In this document: positions 29,794-40,531 of the stretch, one piece after another
How the letters are laid out: each line of letters begins with the position of its first letter
Numbering within the stretch: position 1 is the first letter of the stretch
Assembly: GCA_049968255.1 (NCBI GenBank)
Contig: JBMFRB010000003.1
Span: 1 to 64,000, forward strand
Reading direction: 5' to 3'
Length of the DNA stretch: 64,000 bases
Origin: Candidatus Sumerlaeaceae bacterium
Lineage (GTDB): Bacteria; Sumerlaeota; Sumerlaeia; Sumerlaeales; Sumerlaeaceae
Notes under the pieces: model-generated
Seen by the model: only the letters and a program-made list of their open reading frames with translations
Databases searched by the model: none
What the model was told of the DNA's origin: nothing
Translations under genes and position numbers: made by a program

Positions 29794-30992
29794 GCCCGCG
29801 CCGCCCTCCACGCCGCGTCCTTATCATTGTCGAGAATCTGCCCGTGCCCTTTGATCGCCGGGTATGGCTCGAAGCCACAGCCCTGCGCGATGCTGGCTAC
29901 GAAGTCACCGTGATCTGCCCGAAAATGAAAAACTTCACGACGAGCCACGAAATCCTTGAAGGCATCGAGATCTTCCGCCATCCTCTGCCGCTCGAGGGCG
30001 ACTCGGCGGCGTTAGGCTTTCTCATCGAGTACAGCGTCGCGTTTTTCTGGGAGCTAGTGCTCGCTTGGCGAGTTTTTCTCACGAAGGGCTTCGATATCCT
30101 TCACGCCTGTAACCCGCCGGACAATATCTTCCTCATCGCACTCATGTTCCGTCCCTTTGGTGTGAAATTTGTCTTCGACCAGCACGACATCAACCCCGAG
30201 CTCTACATTGCAAAGTATGGCAAGAAGGGGCCGCTCTACTCCGTGCTGTGCGCTCTCGAGCGCCTTACCTACGCCACGGCGCATCTTGTGATAAGCACCA
30301 ATCAAAGCTACCGCCAGATCGCCCTGACGCGTGGCCGAAAAACGCCCGAGAGCGTGCACATTGTGCGCAGTGCACCCGATATGACGAAGTTTCGCCCCGT
30401 CGAGCCCGATCCGTCGCTCAAAGAGGGTCGCCCTTACCTTGTAGCTTACGTCGGCGTCATGGGCCAACAAGAGGGGATTGATCTACTTCTCGATGCTGTG
30501 CGGGTCATTGTTCAGGAAAAAGGCCGAACCGACATTCTCTTTGTGCTTATCGGCAGCGGGCCTGAGCATCCGCACATGGAACGTTATGCGTGCGCCATCG
30601 GGGTGGCCGACCACGTGCGCTTCACGGGCCGCATTCCTGATGCCGATCTCCTGCGCTATCTCTCTACAGCTGATGTGTGCGTGAACCCCGACCGCGTCAA
30701 CGAAATGAACGACAAATCCACGATGAACAAAATCATGGAGTACATGGCAGTCGGCAAACCGATCGTGCAATTCGAAATGACGGAAGGGCGTTTTTCGGCT
30801 CAAGAGGCTTCCGTCTATGCTCGGCCGAATGACCCGCGTGATTTTGCCGAGAAGATCCTCGAACTCCTCGATGATCCTGAGCGGCGCGCGCGAATGGGTG
30901 CCTACGGGCGTCGCCGGATGGAGAATGAGCTCGATTGGCGCTTCTCGCGCGAAGCACTCATTGCCGCTTATCGTACACTCGATGCCATTTAG
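29790..30992 (+). CDS. Glycosyltransferase family 4
   Basis: ENLPVPFDRRVW, HACNPPD, FDQHD and KIMEYMAVGKPIV motifs. Overlaps the upstream stop (GTGA). Confidence 0.92.
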   Translation: MSPRRPPRRVLIIVENLPVPFDRRVWLEATALRDAGYEVTVICPKMKNFTTSHEILEGIEIFRHPLPLEGDSAALGFLIEYSVAFFWELVLAWRVFLTKGFDILHACNPPDNIFLIALMFRPFGVKFVFDQHDINPELYIAKYGKKGPLYSVLCALERLTYATAHLVISTNQSYRQIALTRGRKTPESVHIVRSAPDMTKFRPVEPDPSLKEGRPYLVAYVGVMGQQEGIDLLLDAVRVIVQEKGRTDILFVLIGSGPEHPHMERYACAIGVADHVRFTGRIPDADLLRYLSTADVCVNPDRVNEMNDKSTMNKIMEYMAVGKPIVQFEMTEGRFSAQEASVYARPNDPRDFAEKILELLDDPERRARMGAYGRRRMENELDWRFSREALIAAYRTLDAI

Positions 30993-31286
30993 CACCCCTC
31001 GGACCCTACGGCGCGCCGCGTGCTCTGACTTGCGAAACAGCTGGCGAAAAATCCGGTGGATCTCGCGTCCAGGCTACTGCTCGCGTGCCCTGTACGCGGG
31101 GGCGCCGACCGCACTGATTTGGCTCCTCCGCACTTTGTCTCACACTGTTGGCGCAGGTATCAGCCAGACTGGCACGCCGAGCCTTGTGCAAACAATAACG
31201 CTGCAATTCTCCGGGAGTTCTTGCTGTCCTCCCAAGCGAATCTCTTGCGCCACGCCCTAGGGACGCTGTCGAGAGGTGCGCTTGCC

Positions 31287-31787
31287 TTAGGAAACACTTT
31301 TGCGACGATGGCAAAAAAAGCCACTGAGCAAGGCGCGACATTCCTCGGCTAGCACGCCACCCACCTGCTCCACGCGGTGGTTCCACCGCGGGTAGTCCAG
31401 CAACGCCAGGTGTGTGATCACAGCGCCGAACTTCAAGTTCGGCGCGCCCCAGACCACGAGGGGGACACGAGCCAAAAGGATGGCTCCGGCACACATGGGG
31501 CACGGCTCGAGGGTGACGAAAAGCGCGCAGTCCTCAAGCCGCCAGTCGCCGTATACGCGTCCCGCTTCGCGCAGGGCCAAAACCTCAGCATGCGCTGTCG
31601 GATCGCAGAGTTCGATTTTGCGCTCGTGCGCGCGCGCCAAGAGCTCATCGCCACGCACGAGCACAGCCCCCACGGGCACTTCGCCTGCGGCGGCGGCAAG
31701 GTTCGCCTCCTCAAGCGCCACGCGCATCCAGCGCTCGTAGCTCTCGCGTGGGGGGAGTGGACGCAACTCGATGGAGGGCCGAGCCAT
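31287..31787 (-). CDS. tadA: tRNA-specific adenosine deaminase
   Basis: GEVPVGAV, DPTAHAE and TLEPCPMCAGA motifs. Confidence 0.92.
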   Translation of the reverse strand: MARPSIELRPLPPRESYERWMRVALEEANLAAAAGEVPVGAVLVRGDELLARAHERKIELCDPTAHAEVLALREAGRVYGDWRLEDCALFVTLEPCPMCAGAILLARVPLVVWGAPNLKFGAVITHLALLDYPRWNHRVEQVGGVLAEECRALLSGFFCHRRKSVS

Positions 31788-31799
31788 CGTTTCCTCTCC

Positions 31800-32408
31800 T
31801 TATTGCTCATTGTTATCCGCGGATGGCGATGCACCGCGCGCGCGACGGTTGAAACGGTTCATGGCGGCGTCGAGGCCGCGTTCGAGTACGATCTCGACAG
31901 CATCAGCGGCCTCCTGTTCGGCACGCTCAATCATTTGCCATGTCTCGGGCGAAAAACGAGAAAGCACATAGTCGATCCAGCCATCGGGAGGCACCTCGGC
32001 GGGCCGCACGCCCAAACGCAGGCGAGGAAAATCCAAGGAGCCGAGCGACTGAATGATCGAGAGTAGCCCTTTGTGCCCACCGTGGCTTCCAGACGGACGT
32101 AAACGCAGCTGGCCGAGGGGGAGGTTCACGTCGTCGCACACAACGAGGATCTCTTCGGGCGCTCCTTCGTTCTTGGCTAAATAGGCGTGCACAGCCCGCC
32201 CACTAAGGTTCATATACGTGAGCGGCTTCATCAGAGTGGTGCGGCAGCCCAGAATGGTGGCCTCGGCCAGCGCGGCCTCGAAGCGAGCAGCAAGCGACCA
32301 CTGAGCGCCGTGGCGCTGAGCCAAAATGTCCACAACGTCGAAACCCACGTTATGGGGCGTGCGTTCATAGCGGCGTCCCGGATTGCCTAATCCAACGATC
32401 AATCTCAT
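31800..32408 (-). CDS. pth: Peptidyl-tRNA hydrolase
   Basis: MRLIVGLGNPG, HNVGF, KPLTYMNLSG and GSHGGHKGL motifs. Confidence 0.96.
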   Translation of the reverse strand: MRLIVGLGNPGRRYERTPHNVGFDVVDILAQRHGAQWSLAARFEAALAEATILGCRTTLMKPLTYMNLSGRAVHAYLAKNEGAPEEILVVCDDVNLPLGQLRLRPSGSHGGHKGLLSIIQSLGSLDFPRLRLGVRPAEVPPDGWIDYVLSRFSPETWQMIERAEQEAADAVEIVLERGLDAAMNRFNRRARGASPSADNNEQ

Positions 32409-32561
32409 AGGCCCGAGTGTGAAGGCGGGCGGACGCGATCTCCAGAAAAAAGCCGCAGTAAGCGCATCGGCGCGCGCTTTGCACTGGAATGCGGCTAGCC
32501 GCTCGTGGGAGATTGCTCGCAAATGAAACACCCAGCTAACAGAGGGCCAAAGTTGGCGGTC

Positions 32562-33125
32562 ATGACATGGGCAGCAAAAAACATGCTGGCCGTGGGGCTT
32601 GTCCTGGCAATCCTTCTGGCGACGGGCTGCGAACGCGAATCGTCGAGCCTAGGCCCCAGGCCAAACATGCGACACGCCGCAAGTGGTGTCGAGCCTACAC
32701 CTGTGCGCAAAACGACGCCACCGAATCCTGTCGCCACGTTGCAACCGGTGACCTCGGGTGCCGACGTGATGAATGCAACGAGGGCAGCCGCAAGCCCAGT
32801 GCCCGCGGCGTCGCCACGGACGCCGTCCGCCGATGTGATCGAGCGCGACCGCTCGCGATGGCGGAGCGAACTGCGCGACCTCGAGACGGAACTCAAAGAG
32901 TTACGCGAGAAGGCACGAACCCTGAGCAGCACTCAGACCCGCGAGCGTGTGACCCAGGTGCTGGCTGAGCTCGAAAGCAAGAAGCGCACACTGGCCGAAC
33001 GGCTCGATCACTTTGATGACTGGCGCACCTCGGCGGCACTGGCCTGGCAAGACGTGCGGGCAGGCTTCGAAAACGCATTCAAAGAGCTGCGCGACGCTTA
33101 TACTAAGGCTAAGAGCCATTTCTAG
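32562..33125 (+). CDS. Lipoprotein with a C-terminal coiled coil
   Basis: Lipobox ILLATGC. The helical C-terminus ends AWQDVRAGFENAFKELRDAYTKAKSHF. Confidence 0.7.
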   Translation: MTWAAKNMLAVGLVLAILLATGCERESSSLGPRPNMRHAASGVEPTPVRKTTPPNPVATLQPVTSGADVMNATRAAASPVPAASPRTPSADVIERDRSRWRSELRDLETELKELREKARTLSSTQTRERVTQVLAELESKKRTLAERLDHFDDWRTSAALAWQDVRAGFENAFKELRDAYTKAKSHF

Positions 33126-33682
33126 CGGCGAGGCGGGGTGCCGTGCTTGCCGAGCCCTTCGACGACCCAATGGTCAAAAGGTAAGGTGGGGGAACAAGGG
33201 CAGTGGTTGTTAGACGCGCAAAGCGAGGGACAGCGCGAGCCGACGGCTTGGCGGATGGCGTGGGCGAAGGAACAAGGGGGCTCTGAGGACGTAGGAGGCT
33301 CTCGGCCTGGCCGCTTGGGGGAGGGCAGCACCGCGCAAATGCCCACCTGTTCGTTCCCTTTGCTCCACGTTGTTCCCGCCAGTCGCTCCGTAGCGCTTGC
33401 GCCGAGCGAATGTGTCCCCACGACGGAGGACGTTCTTTCTCCTCTGGGCGATCGATCTTCGTGCGTTGCCAGTGGTGCACGCTGGCTCGGCCAGCTACAA
33501 AAAGTCACTTCTCGCACTTCACCGTTTCGCTTTTTCCTTGGAAAGGCACGGTGTGGCGGGGCCTATTTAAGGGAGTGTGCCGCGGTAGCCAAATTCCGTA
33601 ATGATCCTGGCCACGCATCCCGTGCGCCGACGAAAGTGATGTGTTGGTTATGAGCGACGAAGTGATTGGGAGGAATGCGACG

Positions 33683-35677
33683 ATGAAGATGAACAAGATG
33701 GATTGCAGCCCTCCGGTGCGAAGTTGTGGCTTGCTGCGAAAGATGATTTGGCTTGTCGGCGCTCTTGGTGTGTTAACGTCCTGTGCGCCGAGCGATTCCA
33801 TCCAGCGCGAGCAGCAGCTGCGAGCGCCAGCAGAAGCAACGGCTGCCACGACGGTCCCCGCCGTGGCCGCGAGCCCCTCAAAACCGGAGTCTGCAAAAAG
33901 GTCCCTTCCGATCGCTATGGTAACGCCGGCTACGCGGCCGACCACTTTTTCTCTCGAATATCGGGCCACCCCTCCGCCCCCCGGATTTCCGCTCCCGTTC
34001 CCCGATGCTTACCCGGTTACGGATATTGAGCCAGGCAAGCGCGGCGGGAGTTTTACGTTCGTAAGCTTTGGCGAGGGGCCGAAGAGCTTTAACCCCATCA
34101 CTACGAACGAAAGCTCGAGTTCGGACGTCATTGGCCGGATGTTCGAGTCGCTCATCGGCTTCGACAATGCCAAGCAGCTCTACGTTCCGGGGCTACTCAA
34201 GGAATGGTACATGGAGGCGGATAAGTGCACATGGATCCTAAAGCTGCGCGAGGGTCTCAAGTGGTCGGATGGCTCGCCGCTTACCGCCGATGACATCCTC
34301 TTCACGGCGCAGATCATTTATGATCCGAATATCTCGACTCCCTTGCGCGACATTCTTCAGGTGGGGGGCAAGCCGTTCCTGTTTGAGAAGATTGACGATA
34401 CCACTGTGCGCGTGCGCCTGGCCCAGCCGACAGGTTCGTTCCTGGCCCTTATGGGCTGGGGGCCCATCTCGAAAAAAGCCTACGAGGAGGCTTACAAAGC
34501 TGGGCAGTTCGACACCTCCATGGGCATCAACGTGGCTGCGGAAAAAATCGTCTGCAGCGGGCCTTTTAGACTGAAGCAGTATGTGCCGGGCGAACGTGTC
34601 ATCCTGGAACGTAATCCGTATTATTACAAGTACGATCGAAACGGCACCCCATTGCCTTATCTCGATACGCTCATTTTTACCTATGCGCCTGATATGGACC
34701 AGATGCTGGCACGCTTCACGGGCGGCACGGCCGATGGCATTGTGCGGCCGCGTCCCGATAGCATTCCGGATCTGGCTGACGGGCAGGCGAAGGGTAACTA
34801 TACGCTCTACGATTGCGGGCCTGGCGACGGAGCGAATCTCTTCTGGTTCAACCTGAAAAAGGGCACGAACCCGTCAACGGGTCGCCCATTTGTGGACCCG
34901 CAAAAGCAGGCGTGGTTCGAGGATGTCCGCTTCCGTCGCGCCATGCTCCACGCATTGGACAAAGAGAGCATTATCCGGACAGAGCTGCGCGGACTAGCGG
35001 TTAGTGTGTGGGGGCTTGAGTCGCCAGCCAACTCCTTTTGGATTGCCCCGAATTTGCCCAAGTACGAATACGACCCGGGACGCGCTAAAGCACTTCTCGA
35101 TGAAATGGATTTGCGCGATCGCAATGGCGACGGCATCCGGGAGGATGCGCAGGGCAACAAGGTGAGCTTTACGTTCATCACGAACAAGGGCAACAAGGTA
35201 CGCGAGCGCGTGGCCAGCCTTATGCAGCAGGATTGGGCGCAAGTGGGCGTGGAAGCGCGGCCGCAATTTCTCGATTTCAATGCGCTTGTTACTCAGCTCG
35301 ATAGCACGTACGAGTACGAGGCATGCCTGCTGGGGCTAGGAGGCGGCGGGGTGCATCCGGCCAACTCAATGAACGTTTACCGATCAAGCGGGCGGACCCA
35401 CCTCTTCAACCCAAAGCAGGAAAAGCCTGCCACGCCTTGGGAAGCTGAGCTCGATCGGCTTGCTGACCAATTTAACGCGACGCTCGACGTCGGCGAGCAG
35501 CAACGCATCTACTGGCGCATGCAGGAGATCATGGCCGAGCAACTGCCAATCCTGCCGCTCTGGACGTCGAAAGTGTTTGTGGCCGTTCGCAATAAGTTCG
35601 GCAATGTCAAACCCAGTGCCTTGTCGCACGAGCTGCTGTGGAACGTCGAAGAATTCTACGTGAAAGAGCCCAAATAA
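33683..35677 (+). CDS. Peptide ABC transporter substrate-binding lipoprotein (family 5)
   Basis: GGAGG RBS, lipobox LTSC, GPKSFNP, LREGLKWSDGSPLTADD, SGPFRLKQY and RNPYY. Confidence 0.92.
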   Translation: MKMNKMDCSPPVRSCGLLRKMIWLVGALGVLTSCAPSDSIQREQQLRAPAEATAATTVPAVAASPSKPESAKRSLPIAMVTPATRPTTFSLEYRATPPPPGFPLPFPDAYPVTDIEPGKRGGSFTFVSFGEGPKSFNPITTNESSSSDVIGRMFESLIGFDNAKQLYVPGLLKEWYMEADKCTWILKLREGLKWSDGSPLTADDILFTAQIIYDPNISTPLRDILQVGGKPFLFEKIDDTTVRVRLAQPTGSFLALMGWGPISKKAYEEAYKAGQFDTSMGINVAAEKIVCSGPFRLKQYVPGERVILERNPYYYKYDRNGTPLPYLDTLIFTYAPDMDQMLARFTGGTADGIVRPRPDSIPDLADGQAKGNYTLYDCGPGDGANLFWFNLKKGTNPSTGRPFVDPQKQAWFEDVRFRRAMLHALDKESIIRTELRGLAVSVWGLESPANSFWIAPNLPKYEYDPGRAKALLDEMDLRDRNGDGIREDAQGNKVSFTFITNKGNKVRERVASLMQQDWAQVGVEARPQFLDFNALVTQLDSTYEYEACLLGLGGGGVHPANSMNVYRSSGRTHLFNPKQEKPATPWEAELDRLADQFNATLDVGEQQRIYWRMQEIMAEQLPILPLWTSKVFVAVRNKFGNVKPSALSHELLWNVEEFYVKEPK

Positions 35678-35902
35678 CACCGGTCGCCGGCTGAAAGAAT
35701 AGTTGGTGGAGGACAGGTGCGTACGATTGTGCCACGGCTGCGGTAACCTATTCAACCTGACAAAGGGGGCAGGAAAATGGGCGACGCAAGCCCGCCGAGG
35801 CCCAGCTGGCAATGCAGATGCTATCCTGTTAGCCCCGATCGACAGCTTGGAGTGAACTTGAAGAAACGGCAAACATCTGTCGGCACAAGCTTTCAGTGAA
35901 TA

Positions 35903-35914
35903 GAACATTTGTTC
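35903..35914. promoter_or_regulatory. Candidate LexA operator (SOS box GAAC-N4-GTTC)
   Basis: GAACATTTGTTC ends 17 nt upstream of the lexA ATG, with AGAAC/GTTCT symmetry. It matches the Bacillus/Actinobacteria-type box. Confidence 0.8.
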
Positions 35915-35931
35915 TTATGTAATGCGTCACG

Positions 35932-36630
35932 ATGAAACGTCATCTGAGTGCGGCGCAGAAAGCCATGCTCGATTTTATCGTTCGCCAGCATGAGCGCACG
36001 GGGATTTATCCCAGCGTGCGAGAGATTGCGCATCACATGGGCTTCGGGTCGACAAATACGGTGTCGTATCACCTGAGGCGGCTTGAGCAAGCAGGGTGTT
36101 TGGTGCGCTCGCGCCAGGCGCGATCCTATCATTTGCCTCAGACGAGAGGGAGCCGCGGCAACTTGCCCCACCTCTCCTCCAGTCACCAAATGACTGCTCC
36201 CACGGCCACTTCACGAGCCCGTTCCGCGTCCCGCTCGGCGCCCGCGCTGCGTTTTCCCATTCTTGGTCGGGTGGCCGCTGGTGAGCCGATCCTCGCTGAG
36301 CAGAATTTCGACGGCGTCCTCGAGCTACCCAGCTACTTCGACCCCTCGGGAGAGACGTTTGCCTTGCGGGTGCAGGGCAACAGCATGATTGAGGAGGGAA
36401 TTTTCGACGGCGACCTGGTTATTGTGCGTAGCCAGCCGACTTTAGCCAATGGAGAGATCGGCGTGGCCATCATCGGCGACGAAGCCACCGTCAAACGCAT
36501 TTACGACGATGGCAACGCCTGGCGGTTGGTGCCAGCCAACAGCGCTCTCGAACCGCGCATCGTGCCGAAGGACGCGGCCGATTTCCGTATTGCGGGCAAG
36601 GTGATCGGAGTGGTGCGAAAACTACGATGA
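35932..36630 (+). CDS. lexA: SOS repressor LexA
   Basis: PSVREI, STNTVSYHL, cleavage site VAAGEP, catalytic GNSM and TVK. Confidence 0.96.
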   Translation: MKRHLSAAQKAMLDFIVRQHERTGIYPSVREIAHHMGFGSTNTVSYHLRRLEQAGCLVRSRQARSYHLPQTRGSRGNLPHLSSSHQMTAPTATSRARSASRSAPALRFPILGRVAAGEPILAEQNFDGVLELPSYFDPSGETFALRVQGNSMIEEGIFDGDLVIVRSQPTLANGEIGVAIIGDEATVKRIYDDGNAWRLVPANSALEPRIVPKDAADFRIAGKVIGVVRKLR

Positions 36631-37247
36631 GTCAAGCCGCATTTGTCGTCCGCAAAATTGAGTTCGTCAAAAGTGCGACCCAGCCGTCGGAATATCCGCC
36701 CGACGCGCTGCCCTTTGTGGGATTTGCCGGGCGCTCAAATGTGGGGAAGTCCTCGCTTTTGAATACACTGGCGAATCGTAAGCGACTTGCTCTGGTCTCT
36801 CAAATCCCAGGCCGCACACGCCTGCTCAATTTCTACCGCGTGAACGAGGCTCTCTACTTCGTGGACCTTCCAGGCTATGGCTTTGCCAAAGCGCCGAAAG
36901 CTGAGCAGAGCAGATGGGAGCTGATGATGAAGCGGTTTGTCGAGTCCAACCCGCGACTTCGGGCGATGGTGGCTTTGCTCGATGTTCGGCGTCAGCCGGA
37001 GGGCGACGACCGGGCTCTGCTGGACTGGTTGGCTTATCACGGGGTGCCAATTATCGTGGCATTGACGAAAGCCGACAAGGTGGGCCATGGGCGCCGCGTG
37101 GAGACACTTCGAGCGCGCCAGCACGAGCTTGCCCCCTGGGACCCCGCCGATGTCCTCCTTTTCAGCTCGTACACCCGACTGGGACGAGAAGAATTGCTCG
37201 CGGCGATTGCACGCACGGTATTCCCGTCGTCCACACAGGAGGGGTGA
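36627..37247 (+). CDS. engB: Ribosome biogenesis GTPase YihA/YsxC
   Basis: GRSNVGKSS, PGRT, DLPGYG and TKADK motifs. ATGA overlap with lexA. Confidence 0.95.
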   Translation: MSQAAFVVRKIEFVKSATQPSEYPPDALPFVGFAGRSNVGKSSLLNTLANRKRLALVSQIPGRTRLLNFYRVNEALYFVDLPGYGFAKAPKAEQSRWELMMKRFVESNPRLRAMVALLDVRRQPEGDDRALLDWLAYHGVPIIVALTKADKVGHGRRVETLRARQHELAPWDPADVLLFSSYTRLGREELLAAIARTVFPSSTQEG

Positions 37248-37608
37248 GACGGGGATTGGGAAGTCTTGGAAGCCACCGGCTAAACCAGCAACCATCCAAA
37301 TGCTCTGGGGGACCTTATGCAATTCGCTGTCAAGCTGACGAGAAAAGATGCTCTTTCCCGTCCCCGAGCAAAGCGTGGTGAAAGCCGTCATAGCGTTCCG
37401 CGCCGAACTGCCCACGGGTAGGGACCCCAGCCACAGCTGAATTACGGACCAAGAACACACAAAGTCACAAAAGGCACAGAAGTATTTTGCGACCGCTGGA
37501 GGCCAAGTTGTCCCCCATCGTGGACATACCGGCGAACACCCGCTGCCGCTCCGCGATGAACGAGCGTTTTTCGCGGGGGAGAGGAGGGCACTCCAGTAGC
37601 CCGGCGCC

Positions 37609-38619
37609 CTAGGTGGCTTGCTTGCGGCGCTGGTGAATCGTGATAATGTAATTACGCACGAGCCCCCTCAACACTCGCCAGGGCGAAAAACTGATAGGCA
37701 TGAGCAAAGGGAGGCGAAAGTTGTGCACACACAGGCTTTCAAGCGGGGGCCCTATGACTTCGATCCGCTCAAGTTCCACGCAGCCCGCGCCCATTTCTTC
37801 TGCCGCAACCAGCGTGGTGAGTTTGCGCCACGGTAGACCGATGATTTCCACAGCGACACGATCCAACGCCACCGCGTCAGTGGCAGCCATGACCACACCC
37901 AATGGCCGCGGATCACCGTTCGATGGCCCATTGCCCTCCATGGCAATGATCCCGTCCATAATGGTAAGGGCAGGGCTGACAAGTAAGTAATTCTCGACGA
38001 GCATCCGCGCGAACCACCGTCGATCGTCGCGCGAAAGCATGTGGAGTGCGGCTTTGCGCCGACCGGGGACACAGCCAAAAACATTTTTCACGCCCAACGT
38101 CAGGAGCATCTGTTGGTGAGCCTTGAACTTCGGAAGGTTAATCACGACGTCAGCCCTGCGGATGGTGGCGCTCAGGCGAAGTTGGGAAATGTTTACCGAA
38201 CCCAAAGGTGGGCGTTCGGGATCACGCAGCGTGAGAATCGGGATGCCTTCGCCGTGGGCGAGCTCTGCAAGACCGTTGACGCGGGCCACTCCTTCGGCCG
38301 TACCCCATCCAGGCGAATCCGCGATGAGCGGCTGACCGCCGCATTCGCGCACAAGCTGCGCAACGGCGAAAATAAAGAGCGGGTGGGTGTTGGCAGCGCG
38401 CTCCGCTGGACGGCCCTGCACAAAATTCGGCTTGAGCACAACGCGGGCACCGGGCTGCACGAAAGCCCCCAAACCGCCGAATGGTTCGAGCACCTCTTCA
38501 ATCGCACGGCGAATCAGGGGAACGCTGTAAGTTGCACACCGGCTCACCGCCACACGTGCAGCTGGGGCCAAGGGCTTTGCTGAGAATGAGGCGTTGATGT
38601 GGGGGGCTTTGGCGGTCAT
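37609..38619 (-). CDS. DUF362 domain-containing protein
   Basis: VVLKPN, THP, INLPKFKAH, TLGVKNVFG, DGIIAMEGNGP and DAVALD motifs. Confidence 0.88.
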   Translation of the reverse strand: MTAKAPHINASFSAKPLAPAARVAVSRCATYSVPLIRRAIEEVLEPFGGLGAFVQPGARVVLKPNFVQGRPAERAANTHPLFIFAVAQLVRECGGQPLIADSPGWGTAEGVARVNGLAELAHGEGIPILTLRDPERPPLGSVNISQLRLSATIRRADVVINLPKFKAHQQMLLTLGVKNVFGCVPGRRKAALHMLSRDDRRWFARMLVENYLLVSPALTIMDGIIAMEGNGPSNGDPRPLGVVMAATDAVALDRVAVEIIGLPWRKLTTLVAAEEMGAGCVELERIEVIGPPLESLCVHNFRLPLLMPISFSPWRVLRGLVRNYIITIHQRRKQAT

Positions 38620-39159
38620 TTCTATGGTAAATACATCACAGAAAATACCCCTTTATTCGGGCAACGTGGCAGGACGAGACACTTTTCTCATTCTAGCGAG
38701 CAGCAAAAGGCGAGTGTCTTCCGCCTCACTACGTGAGCTCGTAGGGACTCGCAAAGTTTTCTGGGACTTGGACCAATAGGGGGAAGCCTGGCTGTCGCCT
38801 AACGTGATGAGATTTGTGCTCCGAAACCGTTTCTGAGACTTGGGGCTACCCACCGCCATCGGCGTGCATGGCATCCTGGCAGCACATCCGAAAAGCGCGC
38901 TGCGTCAAAATTTACGATTTAACCGAGGACTGCGAAGCAAGGCGTGTGGCTCCTGCCCGTGAACGTGCATGGGGAGTTCTGCACGCGGCGTTGTTCTGAC
39001 ATAGCTCGAGTGTGCAACGGCTGACGCCTCGGGTTCGCGCGAAGTGCTGTATAAACGATTTGCAATGTTCGCGCACGGCATCACGATGCCCCGTGGGATT
39101 GTAGAATCTCCTGAAAACACGGATGTCCAAGACCACACACAAAGGATAAGGACTCAATT

Positions 39160-40179
39160 ATGACCCAAGCGCATGCCCCCGCAAAACGTCAAGACATTTG
39201 GCCGGTGATCATTATTGGCTCGGGTCCGGCAGGTCTCACGGCCGCGCTTTACGCAGCCCGCGCAACGTTGCACCCACTCGTCTTTGAAGGCGATGGTTTT
39301 TACGACACCATGCCTGGCGGACAGCTTACCATCACGACCGAGGTTGAGAACTTCCCTGGCATGGTGCGCTGGGAGGGCAAGAAGCTACGCGGCATGACTG
39401 GCCCGGAGATCGTGGATGCCATCCGCAAGCAGGCGCAGTACTTCGGCGCGGAGTGTGTGGCCCGCCGTGTCACGGGTGTGGATTTCAGCCAGCGCCCGCT
39501 GCGCGTGGAATGCGACAATGACGTATTTTACGCCGAAGCGGTCATTGTGGCCACCGGCGCGAGCGCTCGATGGTTAGGCCTCCCAAGTGAGCAAGAGTAC
39601 AAGAATTTTGGGGTCTCCGCATGCGCGACCTGTGACGGCGCTCTTTACCGCGATAAGGATGTGGTGGTGGTGGGCGGCGGCGACACGGCCATGGAAGAAG
39701 CGCTGTTCCTTACACGTCACGCGCGCCGCGTGACCGTGGTGCACCGCCGCGACCAGCTCCGGGCTTCGAAAATCATGGCCGAGCGTGCGATGAATCACCC
39801 AAAGATTCGCTTTGAATGGAATGCGGTCGTAGAAGAGATTCTCGGCAAACAGGAAGGGATGCGGAAATTTGTGACCGGCGTGCGGCTGCGCGACACCAAA
39901 ACAGGCGAGCAGCGTGTCGTGGCGTGCGACGGCGTGTTCATCGCCATTGGGCATCGACCCAATACGGATATGTTCCGTGGCCAGCTCGAAATGGACGAAG
40001 CCGGCTACATCCTAACGAAGGGACGCTCCAGCTACACGAGCGCGCCTGGCGTTTTCGCCGCAGGCGATTGCGCGGATCACGTTTATCGGCAGGCGATTAC
40101 AGCTGCTGGCACCGGTTGTATGGCAGCGATAGATGCCGAGCGCTTTATCCAGGCCAACCCTCTGCCCTCGGAATCGTAG
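39160..40179 (+). CDS. trxB: Thioredoxin reductase
   Basis: [35 protein letters not shown] and [11 protein letters not shown] motifs. Confidence 0.97.
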   Translation: MTQAHAPAKRQDIWPVIIIGSGPAGLTAALYAARATLHPLVFEGDGFYDTMPGGQLTITTEVENFPGMVRWEGKKLRGMTGPEIVDAIRKQAQYFGAECVARRVTGVDFSQRPLRVECDNDVFYAEAVIVATGASARWLGLPSEQEYKNFGVSACATCDGALYRDKDVVVVGGGDTAMEEALFLTRHARRVTVVHRRDQLRASKIMAERAMNHPKIRFEWNAVVEEILGKQEGMRKFVTGVRLRDTKTGEQRVVACDGVFIAIGHRPNTDMFRGQLEMDEAGYILTKGRSSYTSAPGVFAAGDCADHVYRQAITAAGTGCMAAIDAERFIQANPLPSES

Positions 40180-40531
40180 ACAGGGCATTTTGGGCATTTG
40201 GCGGATCTAATATAGATAAGAAGGGAGGGGAGGCCGACTTTTCTCGCGGCGTGGTTGCATTTTCCTTTCTTTGTGAGCAAGGCCTATGGTTTTCCGCTAG
40301 TCAGTCCTCGATCGTTGCTGAGTCCGATACGTGGGTCGGCCCAACGAACAGCGCATAAATCTTGTCTTTTAGCAGTTCCCTTTTACCTCGCTTTTTCCAC
40401 GATGGCGTGGGGCACCGTTTGGCGTGGAAATGAAAACTCACCCCCGCAAAGAGCGGACAAATTGGAACTTGCCAGACCACGGGGTGCTGTTGAATTATGT
40501 GTGACGGGAGATCACCAAGGAAGGAGCACCG

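Noticed and set aside
33126-33680. Long intergenic gaps (here, and 38620-39159 and 49630-50113) as ncRNA or tRNA loci
   Set aside because: I could not recognise a tRNA T-loop or cloverleaf, or any SRP, tmRNA, RNase P or riboswitch consensus by eye. Only short GGAACAAGGG repeats are present.
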